Shown one piece after another: positions 1-11,800 of a DNA stretch of 64,000 nucleotides. The notes beneath the pieces are model-generated. The model searched no databases, was not told the origin of the DNA, and saw only the letters and a list, made by a program, of their open reading frames with translations. The DNA is taken from assembly GCA_965112735.1 (NCBI GenBank), contig OZ218955.1:3658001-3722000 (forward strand), given 5' to 3'. The stretch is from Phaeosaccion multiseriatum (taxonomy: Eukaryota > Protista > Ochrophyta, other classes). Numbering within the stretch: position 1 is the stretch's first letter; each line of letters opens with the position of its first letter. The position numbers and the translations under genes were made by a program.

Positions 1-734
1 GGTACCTCCCCAAGGACCGGCCCCGATTCCCTGGGAGGACCCCCTGGGGGGGCATGAGTGCAATTAAACCAGGATGGGAGCATGGCGATCCTCGACAGTC
101 CTCGACGGCTAGATGGTGCCGTCCAGCACTCGGGTCGTCAACGAGGCGTAGGTGCTGGCCTGGGAGGGGACCGAGGGGGGGCGCTGAGGAGGAAGGGGGG
201 GCAGAGAGAGGCCCCATCACCCAGCTACTCCGCCACTCGGGGTGAGGCAGGGAGGGACAAGCGCAATCACAGCAGTCAGCCGCTCGAGCGGCGCCCATCA
301 CTGCTTGCCTCCCACTCGTCGCGGTTTGTCTGAGATGCAGCGGGAACGAATGTCGAAAGAGAGGGGCTGAGGGGAGCGAGGGGCGCAAGGAATGGAGACT
401 TTCTTGTGGAGCAAAGGAGAGACACCCAGAGCTGCGCCTCTGCTGCTGTTGCTGCTTGCGGACGATTGTGTATGACTCGCTGCGAAGAGAGAGAGAGAGA
501 GAGGATGAGAGGAGATCTTTTTCTTTATCATGAATTGCAAACGATATATACTACACCCCCTCTCTCGGGGGGGCTGAGGGGAGATGAGCACTGCGGGCCA
601 GTAACTGGAGGAGCCAATACCCTTGTCATACCATGTAAACTCTAAACATGGCACTGGACAGGCCAGTGTCTTTCTAATAACGATCAAACTAATTACACTA
701 CTCGATTCCTTGCCTATATGCCCTATCACCTGTG

Positions 735-2306
735 CTATGCGCCAGGGACCCCCTCCTCAATCCCTCCTTCCGCACGGTCATAATCATGCCCGACAATGGG
801 AAACACGCTCCCGCACCTCAGCCCAGCAAGCTCCGCCTCCAGGCAGCGCAGCAAGGTCTCCCGAGTCTCCACCACGTAGTCCCATGTGGCCCCTTCCTCC
901 CCCCCTCGACTGGGAAACCCTTCTCCTCCTCCTCCCTCTAGTGGCCAGCCATGCCCGCTCCGCACGTCCCAGCAGAGGTGCCTCCCGCTTGGGAGCGTGA
1001 GGTCGAGGCGGCCCTGTCCCATGCGATAGAGGGCCTTGGCGCCATTGGCCCAGTCCACGGTGAAGTGTGGGAAGGGCTTGTTCTCCATCAGGCGACAAAT
1101 GGCCCTACAGGTAGTGGTGCGGCTTCCCCTGCTTCTCCTTCCATTGCCGCTGCTGTTGCTATCGGCACACTCCTCCTCCTCCTCCTCCTGCTGCTGCTGG
1201 AGCTGGTGCTGCTGCCTCGAGTGTATGTGGAGCGTGACCCGAGGGGTGCGTCTGCGCAGGGCCGTGACGATGCGCTGAAGAGACCGGTAGTGCGAGTGGT
1301 ACGCAGGGGGGAGCTCCGACAAACGGAACGATAAAGTCCCGGCGCTGGCTGACTGCCTGGCTGACTGGCTCATCGACTGCGTAGCTGACTGGGTAGCTGA
1401 CTGGGTAGCTGGCTGGGTAGCGGAGTGACTGGCTGACTGACTGGCAGTCTTGGTCGGTGCAGGGCGCTCGTGGCTCACCTGCACAGTGGACCCGTCGCCC
1501 CAAACGAAGAGGCTGAGGCCGCCGATGGTCAGGCGCGCTCCAACTTCTCCTCCTCCTCCTCCTCCTCCTCCTCCTCCTCCTCCTCCTCCTCCTCCTCCTC
1601 CTCCTGCTCCTCCTCCTCCTCCTCCTCCTCCTCCTCCTCCTGCTGCTGCTGCTGCTACTGCTGTGATGGAGAAAACAGCGGACCTTCCGTGGAGCGAAAC
1701 CCGCCGTGCCTGCACGGCAAGGCGAGCGGTGTGAATGGGTACCAGTGGACAGTCCGCGCTTCTGCTGCCGCTGCTGCTGCTACTACTGCCAAAGCCCCCT
1801 TCCCACCCTTCTGCTCTCGTGCCCTCGCCCACATGTGCTAGCTGTTGCTGCCCTCCCTCCTTCTCCCCCCCCCTCCCCCCTCTTGCTTCCCCCCCCGGTA
1901 GGTTGGCTTGCAGCCTCAGCTTCTGCAGCAACGGGTGGCACAGGGCCAGCGTGTGGTGCCCCAGGCGGGCAGCTTCAGCTTCGTCCACACCGGGGACAGG
2001 CCCTGCCCTGCAGCGGCGTCGTGAGGTGTGCCGAGAAGGAGAAACTGGGCCGCCCCCCTTACGTATGCAATGCGGCTCTGTACCCTGCCCAACGAAGGTA
2101 CTCTTGAGGAGAGTCGGGGCCTCATCTTCCCCCTCCTCGTCTTCCTTCACCGAACCGGCCTCACCCCCCTTACCACCCTCCCTCCTCATTGGCAATGAGG
2201 ACTCCCCTCTTGAGCCCCTCTGGACGAGCTTGTCCCTCTGTTCCTTGCCACCCCTAGCCTGCAGCTCGCCTCTGCGGCGCTCAAGCTTGGGGTTCAAGCG
2301 GCTGTC

Positions 2307-2343
<37 letters not shown>

Positions 2344-3830
2344 ATCACCAACTGCGCCCCCCACTCCTCCATGTGCTCGCCCTTGCCGGGAGGGCCCCTG
2401 CCCTTCAGCGGAGCAAAGCCCTTCCCTCTGGACCGTCTGTGACCGGAGCAGCGCCTCCCCTCCTCTGCGGAGGACATACAAGTGGCATCAATCACGACGG
2501 TGTTCGCCGTGCTCACAGACGTCGCCAGCGGTGATCTCTCCGCCTCCCCTTTGGAGGAGGCGCTGCGCTCATCCAGACGCTTACCCCCGCCATCAGGACC
2601 GCCGTTAATTGTCGCAGACTCCTTCTGCCCCGCACCATCACGCCGCCCCCCCGCGTCCTCACTAGCAGCAGCAGGCCTCCTCGGTAAGTGTGGTGGCAGT
2701 GGTGGAGGTGATGGTGATACTGGTTCCTCCACCTCTTCTTCCTCCTCCTCCTCCTCCTCCTCATCCTCCTCCTCCTCCCGCTCATAGCCCGGCATCTGCA
2801 GCTGCAGGAAGGGGTGGGCGGAAACCTCCTCCACCGCCAGCCTCTCTAACGGGTCCGTACAAAGCAGCCTGGACAGAAAGTCCGTGGCCAGGGCAGACAC
2901 TCCGAAGGCGGCGAGCCCCCCCGGGTCCTCATAGCGGGCCTCCCGCACGTTGCTCAACGTCTCCCCAAGGTGGGCGCCCTGGAAGGGAGGTCTGCCGGTG
3001 AGCATGGTATAACACAGACAGCCCATGGCCCACAGGTCCACTGGCAGCCCATAGGCCGCCTGAATGGTCACCTCTGGCGCCATGTAGTTTGGGGTGCCGC
3101 AGATGGAGTGGCGCTCCTCCTCCTCGTGCAGCAGTTGCACGGAGAGGCCAAAGTCGCTCAGCTTGACTCGGGTGCCGTCCTTGCTGAGCAGGAGGTTGGC
3201 GAGCTTCAGATCCCGATGCACGATGCCGCGCTGGTGGAGGTATGCCAGGCCCGAGAGGAGTTGCCCCATGTAGGCAGCGGCTTGCCTCTCGGGGAGCGGC
3301 CCACACAGCTTGAGGTGCCTGTAGAGGTCTCCCCCTGCGCACAGTTCCATCACCATGTACACAAAGCGCTCGTCCTCGAAGAAGTGCAGCAGCTCTACAA
3401 TGGCAGGGTGGTGCAGCTGCGAGTGGATACTCACTTCTCTCACGATCCGGGCTGCTGCTGCTGCTGCTGCCGCTACTGCGCCTGTATCACCATCTGCTAC
3501 TGCTGCATCTCCGCCCCCCGATGAAGGCTTGTCCCTTCTGGCGCGCTCTCCTCCTCCTCTCTCCCCACCCACGGGCGCGGCCGACGCCTGGGCCTGCGCA
3601 TCTCCCTGCACTCTCCCGGCCTCTCCCACTTTGTCCTTGTCAATGACCTTCACCGCCACCTCCTCCCCAGTTGCTCTCACGACGGCCCGGTAGACAATGG
3701 CGAAGCCGCCTTGCCCCATGACCTGCCCCACATCGAGGTCGTCGATGTTGCAGATGGGGTCTCTCCGCCTCCTCCTCCTGCTGCTGCTGCTGCTGCTGCT
3801 GCTTCTGCTTCTGCTTTCCCCACCCGCCAT
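735..3830 (-). CDS. PLK4: Polo-like kinase 4 (SAK)-type Ser/Thr kinase, intronless ORF with C-terminal cryptic polo-box-like region
   Basis: Kinase motifs GQGGFAIVY, VAVK, HRDLKLAN, DFG, ICGTPNYMAPE. The C-terminal YRSLQRIVTALRRRTPRVTL...CRLMENKPFPHFTVDW resembles the PLK4 cryptic polo box (FVxLVRSKxPKIT...CxLMENxP) as I recall it. Confidence 0.85.
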
Positions 3831-4665
3831 GGCTGAGGGAGGTCAGTCGCTACTGGCCTGCGGTATTGTTAATCCTGTTGAGATACTTTGCTCCACTGAT
3901 TGCGTCATTTGAAAACACCGTCGGACGCTCTGAGAGAGGGTGACCGTCAAGAAAGCAAGGAGAGGGGGCGCAAAGCAAAGGCTGAGAGGTTGGGCAAGAA
4001 GAGATATAAAAAGGGAGATGATCATGGGGCGCTTACCGATTAATGCCGCCGCCCTGCTACTCCCCTTCCTGCTCTTGATTGTACTGCGTCACCACTCGAA
4101 CCCCCTTTGTGCGATATGCGCAACCCCCCCAGTTAAAGTAGCAACTGGTCTGAAGAAGGAGGTGAATAATGAAGCTTTTCCATTACAGGTGGGCACATCA
4201 GACAGCTCGAAAGATACGCCTTCTCCCTGCCACTCCAGCTGATGTTGCTGCTGCCGTGCATCCGCGGTGGTGTGTATAATACAGGCAGGGCGGTGGAGGT
4301 CTTCCACGAGGGGGGGTGCAAGTCCCAGTTTCAGTTCCAGCTTCACGCCATCTTTGAATCCTGACTCCCCGAAGTTCGCCCGTGCCGTTCCATAGTATGT
4401 CAATGAAGATGTCCCTGCAAAGGACAGCGGACTGTTGAGGCAAGGTGTGTTGGGAAAAAAAAAAGAACAGTTCAGAGATGTCACTTTGAGCTTTGACATA
4501 TAGAAGAAATGGAGACTTCTCCGCCCTCCCCACTCAGTGCCCGTCGTATTACTCGGCATCTCAGGTGGGGCTGTTGTTTCTCGCGCACCCTCACCGTTCG
4601 CTACAAAAAGATGTCGTCCGCTAAAAAAATGATCTCGTGCTCTCTCTGTGTGTCCCTACTCGCAG

Positions 4666-6176
4666 TGCGTTGGAACTGAAGGAGGGGGAAGTCGTGTTGA
4701 GCGATGCAACTGCTGTTGCTGAGCTTTTGGAGAAGGTAGATGGAGAAAATGAAACGCTGGAGGACATTTTGGAGACACTGCCAGTCAAGGATGGCACGAC
4801 AGGAGGAGAAGATGTTGTGGATCGCCGACAGATGCTGAGGATGCCCAGCGTGGCAAGAGTCTCTGCTCGAGATGTCCTTCGCAACCATCAGCAAAGCAAA
4901 CGTGAAGGCAGGCGAATAACCTCAAGCCTTTACAACCTCGGCATGAAAAGGGGTAAGAGTGCGAAACGGAGTCACGGAGATCTTGTATTCGAGGCAAGGC
5001 AGTGAACTCGAATGCTTACTCGTCCTTCCCCCCCCCCTCCCTCCCCCCCGCTCCCACTCTTTTTAACCAGGTATCCTTGACGAACATGGCATGTACGAGG
5101 GGGACGCGATGAAGTGGGACGACCTCAACTACGTGACCTACCTCGCCCAGGGCGCAATGTGTAAGATTTACACGGCCTTTACGCCCAAGAAACAGAAGGT
5201 GGTGCTCAAGGTGCCGCGGGAGGACGGACCCCCTGAGGCGGTGAATGATCTCCGCGTTGAGGTGCTGATGCTGGCGAAGCTGGACCACGTCAATATCATC
5301 TCATTGGTCGGAGATGGCATGCTGCACAAGCAAGCAGCAACGCCCGGCGCTTCACGTCCCTTTGCGTGCTTTGAATTCCTGGGGGGTGGGACGCTGAATG
5401 ACCGGATATGTGGGTGCGCCGGTCGTAAGATACCGCTCCACGTTGCTCTGTCGCATGCCGGCCAGCTTGCCGATGCTCTGCTCTACCTGCACGAAGAGGC
5501 CCTCCCTGGGCGCGTCATCATTCACCGAGACCTCAAGCCGGACAACATAGGCTTCACGTACGAGGTATGTGGTAGTAGTGCTTCACATGCTGTCTCTCCC
5601 CCCACTCAGCCCCCTCCCTCTTCATGTCACAGTGTCGTAAATACAATGCTCTTCCTCTCTCATGCCTTTCGCTGTTGCCTGCTGCTGTCTCTGTGTGGCT
5701 CTCACTGTCATGTCTTCGTACAGGGGAAGCTGAAACTGTTCGACTTTGGGTTGGCCAAGGTGGTCAAGAGGAAGTACAGGTACTCCAGCGAAGTGTACGT
5801 CATGACCGCGGAGACGGGCAGCCCGCGCTTCATGGCACCTGAAGTAGCGATGGGGGAGGCTTACAACGAGAAGGTTGACGTGTTCAGCTGGTCGCTCATC
5901 TTATGGGCCATTGCCACCAAATCAATGCCCTTCACCCAGCACACTGACTATGAGTCGTTCCTGGAGCACGTGCTTGCGGGAGGCGAGCGCCCCCCCCTTC
6001 CCGACCATTGGCCTGCGGGCCTCCGCGAGCTCTTGACGCGCTCCTGGGACCCCGATGCAGAAAAGAGGCCAGCCATGTCTGCAATTGTTGAAGAGATGGC
6101 GAGCATGTCTGAGGAGGAGCGGGGTATTCACCGAGCCAACAGCGGTGCCTGCTCAGGGGACTGCACTGTCAGCTAA
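4666..6176 (+). CDS. Tyrosine-kinase-like (TKL) protein kinase, spliced; 5' end uncertain
   Basis: Exons about 4666-4952, 5071-5565 and 5724-6176 join in frame at GT-AG sites. Motifs VVLK, HRDLKPDN, DFG, TGSPRFMAPE, DVFSW, RP. The first listed exon starts in phase 2, so an unresolved upstream exon is needed. Confidence 0.8.
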
Positions 6177-7042
6177 GCTGCTGACCCCTGACCCCTGCGT
6201 GGGGTTTTAGAGATGAGTATCATTATCACTTTTATGTTAGATATACGAGTGAACAGGGGCGATGGCCAGGGACAACCAGGGCCACCAAATCTTTCCTTGC
6301 AATGATATCGTATATAGGGAGGGAGACAATGAATCCCTGCTGCGCTGCGTCCGCGGTGGGGGGGTGAATCCAGAGGGGAGGCGCCCATCTTGTTTCAGTT
6401 TCATACAGTAACTTAATGTAGAGATGCTTAGAGATGCTTGCAAAGAAGTGCGAGTCCCCGTCTGAAGGTGGCAGAGGATAGAGCTCTTCTTTCATCGAAT
6501 CCGAGAGGCGTCGCAGCTACGCGAGCTGGTGTTTTGCCAGAGCAGAACAGCCTGTTCTGCACCACCCCGAAAGGCGCAGACCCGTTGACCCGCCCCGCTG
6601 CCGGGACAGTCGAGGACGAGGAGGGGAAACAGGAGCAACGAGGTTTCCAGAGGACAGTGCGGTAAAAGTAATGCAAGGTCTTTTCAACCAACACGAGCTG
6701 TCTCTCGCCTGGTTCACCCCCGTCTGAGCAAAAATGTGTTTCATTCGTGTTCCATTCATGAAAAAGCCGCCGAGCAAAGCTCTAAAAGCAGCTACTCTAT
6801 GTGTAGAGGCACTTGTCAGCAGCCGAACCCTCGAGGGGAGGCCGCCCATAGACACCGCCAGCAGATGCCCGACGAGGGACTCGGAGGCATCGTGAACTCC
6901 AGCAGCGGCAGCGCTGTCCGGCTCCGCGATCCGCTGATGCTGTGCTGCTTTAGATGAGCTAAGGGCCGCTTGCCGATCTGGCTGATGATCTCGGGCGTGC
7001 GTGCGTGCGAGCGTGTGGCTCCGCTCGCTTGGCCATCCGGGC

Positions 7043-8583
7043 TCACAGGCACTCGTCGGCATAGCTTCCCTCGATACCTGACTCTGGGCACCTGCGCAGG
7101 CAGCGGCAGACCAGCAGCCCGAGACGAGAGGGAGGGGGGGAATAGACAGCAAATGGCGGTGAGTCCGGTTGAGAGGGATCTAGCTACTATAGACACTCGG
7201 CTGGCCACGGGTCTGCAGCAGCTGGACGTACCAGTAGATAGATGCGGGGGGCTCGCCTGTCCTAGCCAGCTCGAGCGTCGCGCCTTCACAGCTGGTGTGA
7301 CAGCCCCTGCAGTTCTGGCCAAGGCCGAGCATGTTGCTTGGGTGGGCACGAAGACGAGGGAGAACGGAAGATATTGCGTACACATCAACGACAAGAAGGC
7401 GTGTGGGGTGACGAAAGGAGGGTGGCTTCGAGAGACGGCGGGGGAAGGTACCCAAGTGGAGCGAGGAAACGCAAACTCACCAGTGCTGGGGAGCGTCTGG
7501 CTCGGAACAGGACAGATCACAAACGATTTCCTTCGAGAAGGTATCGAGGAAGTCCTGCTGTGAGACGCTCACATCGACGCAGGCGACACAGCTCTCGTCG
7601 TCTTCCGGGAGGGTGTCGAGCTCCACAGGCGCCGGGGTAGGGGCCATGGTCGGGGAGGGTGTCGGAGCTGCGGTGTCACCGTCGACGGGCGAGGGAGTCG
7701 GAGGTGCGGAGGGGGGCGAGGGCGAGGAAGTGGGCGAGGAAGTGGGCGCGGCGGTGGCGTCGGGGCACAGAATGAAGGCAGAGGCGTCCTCGCTGGGGGT
7801 GGAGAACTCCTCGACGTAGGCCTCCAGACCCTCCTAACGGGCAGGGGGGAGCAGGGGGGGGGGGGGGCAGGGTAGAAGGCCGCAGGAAGCGGTGGGCAGC
7901 GAGGTTAGAGTTGTGTTGAATGCAGAATGCAGAACGTCAGCTGAAAGCAGTATGAGCAAGAGGCGTGGAGGGTCATGAGCGAGAATCGCGCTCTGACGTC
8001 TGCGCGCACTCACTTGCGAGAGGAAGCAGCCCCTGCAGGCTTGGTCGAAGCCGCCATAGTTGCAGAGTAGTGCAGAAGGGGGGCTGCAGCCAGCCACGTC
8101 GCAGAAAATGTCCTTGCGGGGGTCGAGGACGAAAGAGGCGTCGGCTAGAGTGTCGCGGCAGTCTTGGTCGGTCTCGCAGGCAAAGGCCAGTCCTGTGCAT
8201 ATCAGCAGCGCGTGGGAGGCGACAGGAAGGGAGAGGGGAGGGCGGCGGTGCGTATGTGAGTGCGGAAGAGGTCCGGCCTGAAGTTCCCGCCAATGCTCGA
8301 GCCGACTCTCCGTAGGCCCCTCGAGCTCACGCGAGCGTCAGCGGCTATGCCACAGAGAGGCCGAGGCATCACTGGCCTCACACAAAAGCCCACACCCGCA
8401 TCTAGAGCAATGAATGCGCGCTAAAGCTGCTTGCTGCCCGGTTCTCTGGCCACGAGAAGAAGAAAGGCAAACCGCCATTCGGCAGGAGGCTGAAACAGCC
8501 AGAAACAGAGTCCTTTCAAGGAGAGACCACTTACCGAGAGCGGCCCAGAGGGCGAAAGCCAATGTGCGAGATGCAGGCGTCAT
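7043..8583 (-). CDS. Secreted Cys-rich protein A: signal peptide, two Cys-rich domains, Thr/Pro linker (about 244 aa)
   Basis: Phase-consistent exons 8583-8535, 8192-8014, 7833-7481, 7336-7232, 7091-7043 give MTPASRTLAFALWAALGLAFA-CETDQDC...KDIFCDVAGCS...CNYGGFDQACRGCFLSQ|EGLEAYVEE...FILCP...KEIVCDLSCS...CNMLGLGQNCRGC. The last exon is the least certain. Confidence 0.75.
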
Positions 8584-8808
8584 GGCAAGTGTCTGTAATG
8601 CGCTGTGTAGAGGATGGATGGGCGTTGGTCGAGTTGTGAGAGAGATTTTGATTGTGTTTTGAGTGTGAAAACCCCCCTCGGGAATGATGCACCCCGGGAG
8701 CGGAGGAGGGGAAGACACAGAGACAAACGAGAAGGAAGAAGAGAGGAGGGGTGGGCGGCACGAGGAGAGAGAGAGGAAACAAGAGGGAAAGAGAGGGATA
8801 GAGAGGGC
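8584..8808. promoter_or_regulatory. Putative bidirectional promoter between head-to-head paralogues A and B
   Basis: Only 225 bp separate the divergent ATGs at 8583 (-) and 8809 (+); the interval is GA-rich. Confidence 0.45.
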
Positions 8809-11800
8809 ATGATGCGCCGTGTGTGCGTTGCGTTTGCAGGGCTAGGTATGTGAATTTGTGAGGGAGAGAGTTGAGCGGAGCATGGGGTCGGCGGGAGTCT
8901 GAGCAAGCAGCCAAAGCACGCCGCAGGCGCTTGCTGGCTCTCTCAGAGTATCTCCTCTCGTGCTGTGCCTCTCATGGTCGCGTGCGCTGTTTGCTAAGTG
9001 TTCTCAGACTTACGGCTGCTCGTGAGTGCAGCTCGTGAGTTCCAACTGCTCATCTCTGTTCCCGCGCCGCACCTTTCCTCTCCTTTCTGCCCCGCAAACA
9101 GCCTCACTGACAGCCGCATGCGAGACGGATCAAGACTGCCTTGCCCTCCTGGCGGATGGGGCTAGTGATGCTGTCTTCGGCTTTCGCAAGACGGTGATAT
9201 GCGACATCCAAGGCTGCAGCCCTTCGCTTGGGGCGGGGGCCGGAGCGCACTGCAATTACGCGGGAGTTGACCAACTCTGCAGGGGCTGCTTCGTCTCACA
9301 GGTGAGCACCCTCCCCTTCCCCTTTGGGGCGGCTTTCTTGGGCTGGGCTTTGGCTTCGTGTCCTTGACTGCAGCGCTTTTTAGCTTATCGATACATGCAT
9401 GCTCCAACTCCGACTGCCCGCAGGCTGATCTGGAGGCCTACGTCGAAGAGAACGACACTTCCCCAGAGGACGCGGGCACATTCATCCTGTGCCCAGACAC
9501 TGCAGATACACCCGCACCCACGGCCCCTGTCACGCCATCCCCCGCTGGGGGAGGAGAAGGGGAGAGACCCTGCTTCGAATCACAAGTGAGTGCCCTCTCC
9601 TCCTCCCCTTTGACGCGCCTTCTACGCATGGGCTGCTGCCTCCTTTCCTTGGCAGCGAGGACGAGAGAGTGTTCATACACGGGGCAGCTTGTGTTTTTTT
9701 TTTTTTTTTTGCATCCACCTTACTGACTAAGCCCGAACCCTGCTCGACGGTTCCCACAGGCTGATCTGGAGGCCTACGTCGAGGAGAACTCCATCCCCCC
9801 CGAGGAGGCGAGCTCCTTCACCGTGTGCTCAGACTCTGCCGACACACCCGCGCCCACGGGGTCTGCCACGCCATCACCTGCTGGAGAAGAAGGGGAGCCT
9901 CCTTGCTTCGAATCGCAGGTGGGTGCCGTCCTCCCCTCTCCCTTGATGCGCTTTCCAGGTCTTGCTTTTGACTTGGCAGCTAAGGCACCAGAATCCCGAT
10001 AAAAGCATTCACTGACCAAGCGCAAACCCTGTGTCCCACTCCCACCCGACCGCCCGCAGACTGATCTGGAGGCCTATGTCGAGGACAACGCCACGCCCCC
10101 CGAGGAGGCGAGCACCTTCACCGTGTGCCCAGACGCTGACGACACACCCGCGCCCACGGTACCCGTGACAGCACCCCCCGCTGGGGGAGAGGGAGAAATC
10201 CCCTGCTTCGAATCACAAGTGAGTGCCTTCCCTCTCCTGAACCTCCCTTCATGCGGCTTCTACGCCTGGGCTGTGACTTCCTTTCCTTGGCAGCGAGGGC
10301 CAAACATTGTCCTCCCCCTTCTCCCCATTGACTTGGTTTCTTGGTCTGCGCTGTGACTGCGTGTACGCGCAAGCGAGGACACCACTAACTAAGCCCGACC
10401 CTGCTCCCGCCCCATAACGCAGGCGGATCTGGAGGCATATATCGAGGAGAACTCCATCCCCCCCGAGGAGGCGAGCTCCTTCACCGTGTGCCCAGACGAT
10501 CCCGTCACACCCGCACCCACAGGGTCTGCCACGCCATCACCTGCCGGAGAAGAAGGAGTTCCTTGCTTCGAATCTCAAGTTAGTGTGCCTCCAGGCCTGG
10601 GCTTTGACTGAGCCTTCCTGGCAGCGAGGGCCAAACCGCATTGGCAGAGGCATACACACAACCCTGAACCCTGTTCTCGAATCCCAACATCGTTCCTTCC
10701 CCTCCCTTTTGACGCGGCATTCTTGGTCTTCGCCTTGACTGCATACCCTTCATACCAACCACACACTGACTAAACCCAAACACTGTATTACACTCCCGCC
10801 CATTGCCGTCCAGGCCGATCTGGAGGCCTACGTCGAGGAGAATACCACGCCCCCCGAGGAGGCGAGCTCCTTCACCGTGTGCCCAGACGCCCCCGATACA
10901 CCTGCACCCACACGGTCAGCCACGCCAGCCCCCGTCGGAGAACAAGGGGAGCCTCCTTGCTTCGAATCACAGGTGGGTGCCTTCTCTCGTCTCCCTTGAT
11001 GCGCTTTCTGGGTCTTGCTTTTGACTTGGCAGCGAAGGCAAGAAACTTTACATATACGCATGCACTGACTAAGCGCGAACCCTGTCTCACCCTCCCACCC
11101 GGCCACCCGCAGGCTGATCTGGAGGCCTACGTCGAGGAGAATGCCACGCCCCCCGAGGAGGCGAGCTCCTTCACCGTGTGCCCAGAAGCCCCCGATACAC
11201 CTGCACCCACAGGGTCTGCCACGCCAGCCCCCGCCGGAGGAGAAGAAGGATTCCCCTGCTTCGAATCGCAAGTGAGTGCCTTCCCTCTGCTTTGACGTGG
11301 TTGGCTTGGCCTGGACTTTGTATGCGTGTAGGTGCAAGCGCAGGCCAGGCACTAATCAGACACTGACCAAGCCCGAATCCGGCTCCACGCTCCCGCCCAT
11401 TGCCGTGCAGGCCGATCTGGAGGCCTACGTCGAGGAGAATACCACGCCCCCCGAGGAGGGGAGCTCCTTCACCGTGTGCCCCGACGCCCCTGATACACCC
11501 GCACCCACAGGATCTGCCACGCCAGCCCCCGCCGGAGAAGAAGGAGAGCCTCCTTGCTTCGAATCACAGGTGGGTGCCTTCCTTTCGTCTCCCTTGATGC
11601 GCTTTCTGGGTCTTGGTTCTGACTTGGCAGCGAAGGCAAGAAAATTTACATATACGCATGCACTGACTAAGCGCGAACCTTGTCTCACCCTCCCACCCGG
11701 CCGCCCGCAGGCTGATCTGGAGGCCTACGTCGAGGAGAATGCCACGCCCCCCGAGGAGGCGAGCTCCTTCACCGTGTGCCCAGACGCCCCCGATACACCT

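Noticed and set aside
1-730. Additional gene downstream of PLK4
   Set aside because: Only short ORFs with no recognisable motif; no consistent spliced model could be built.
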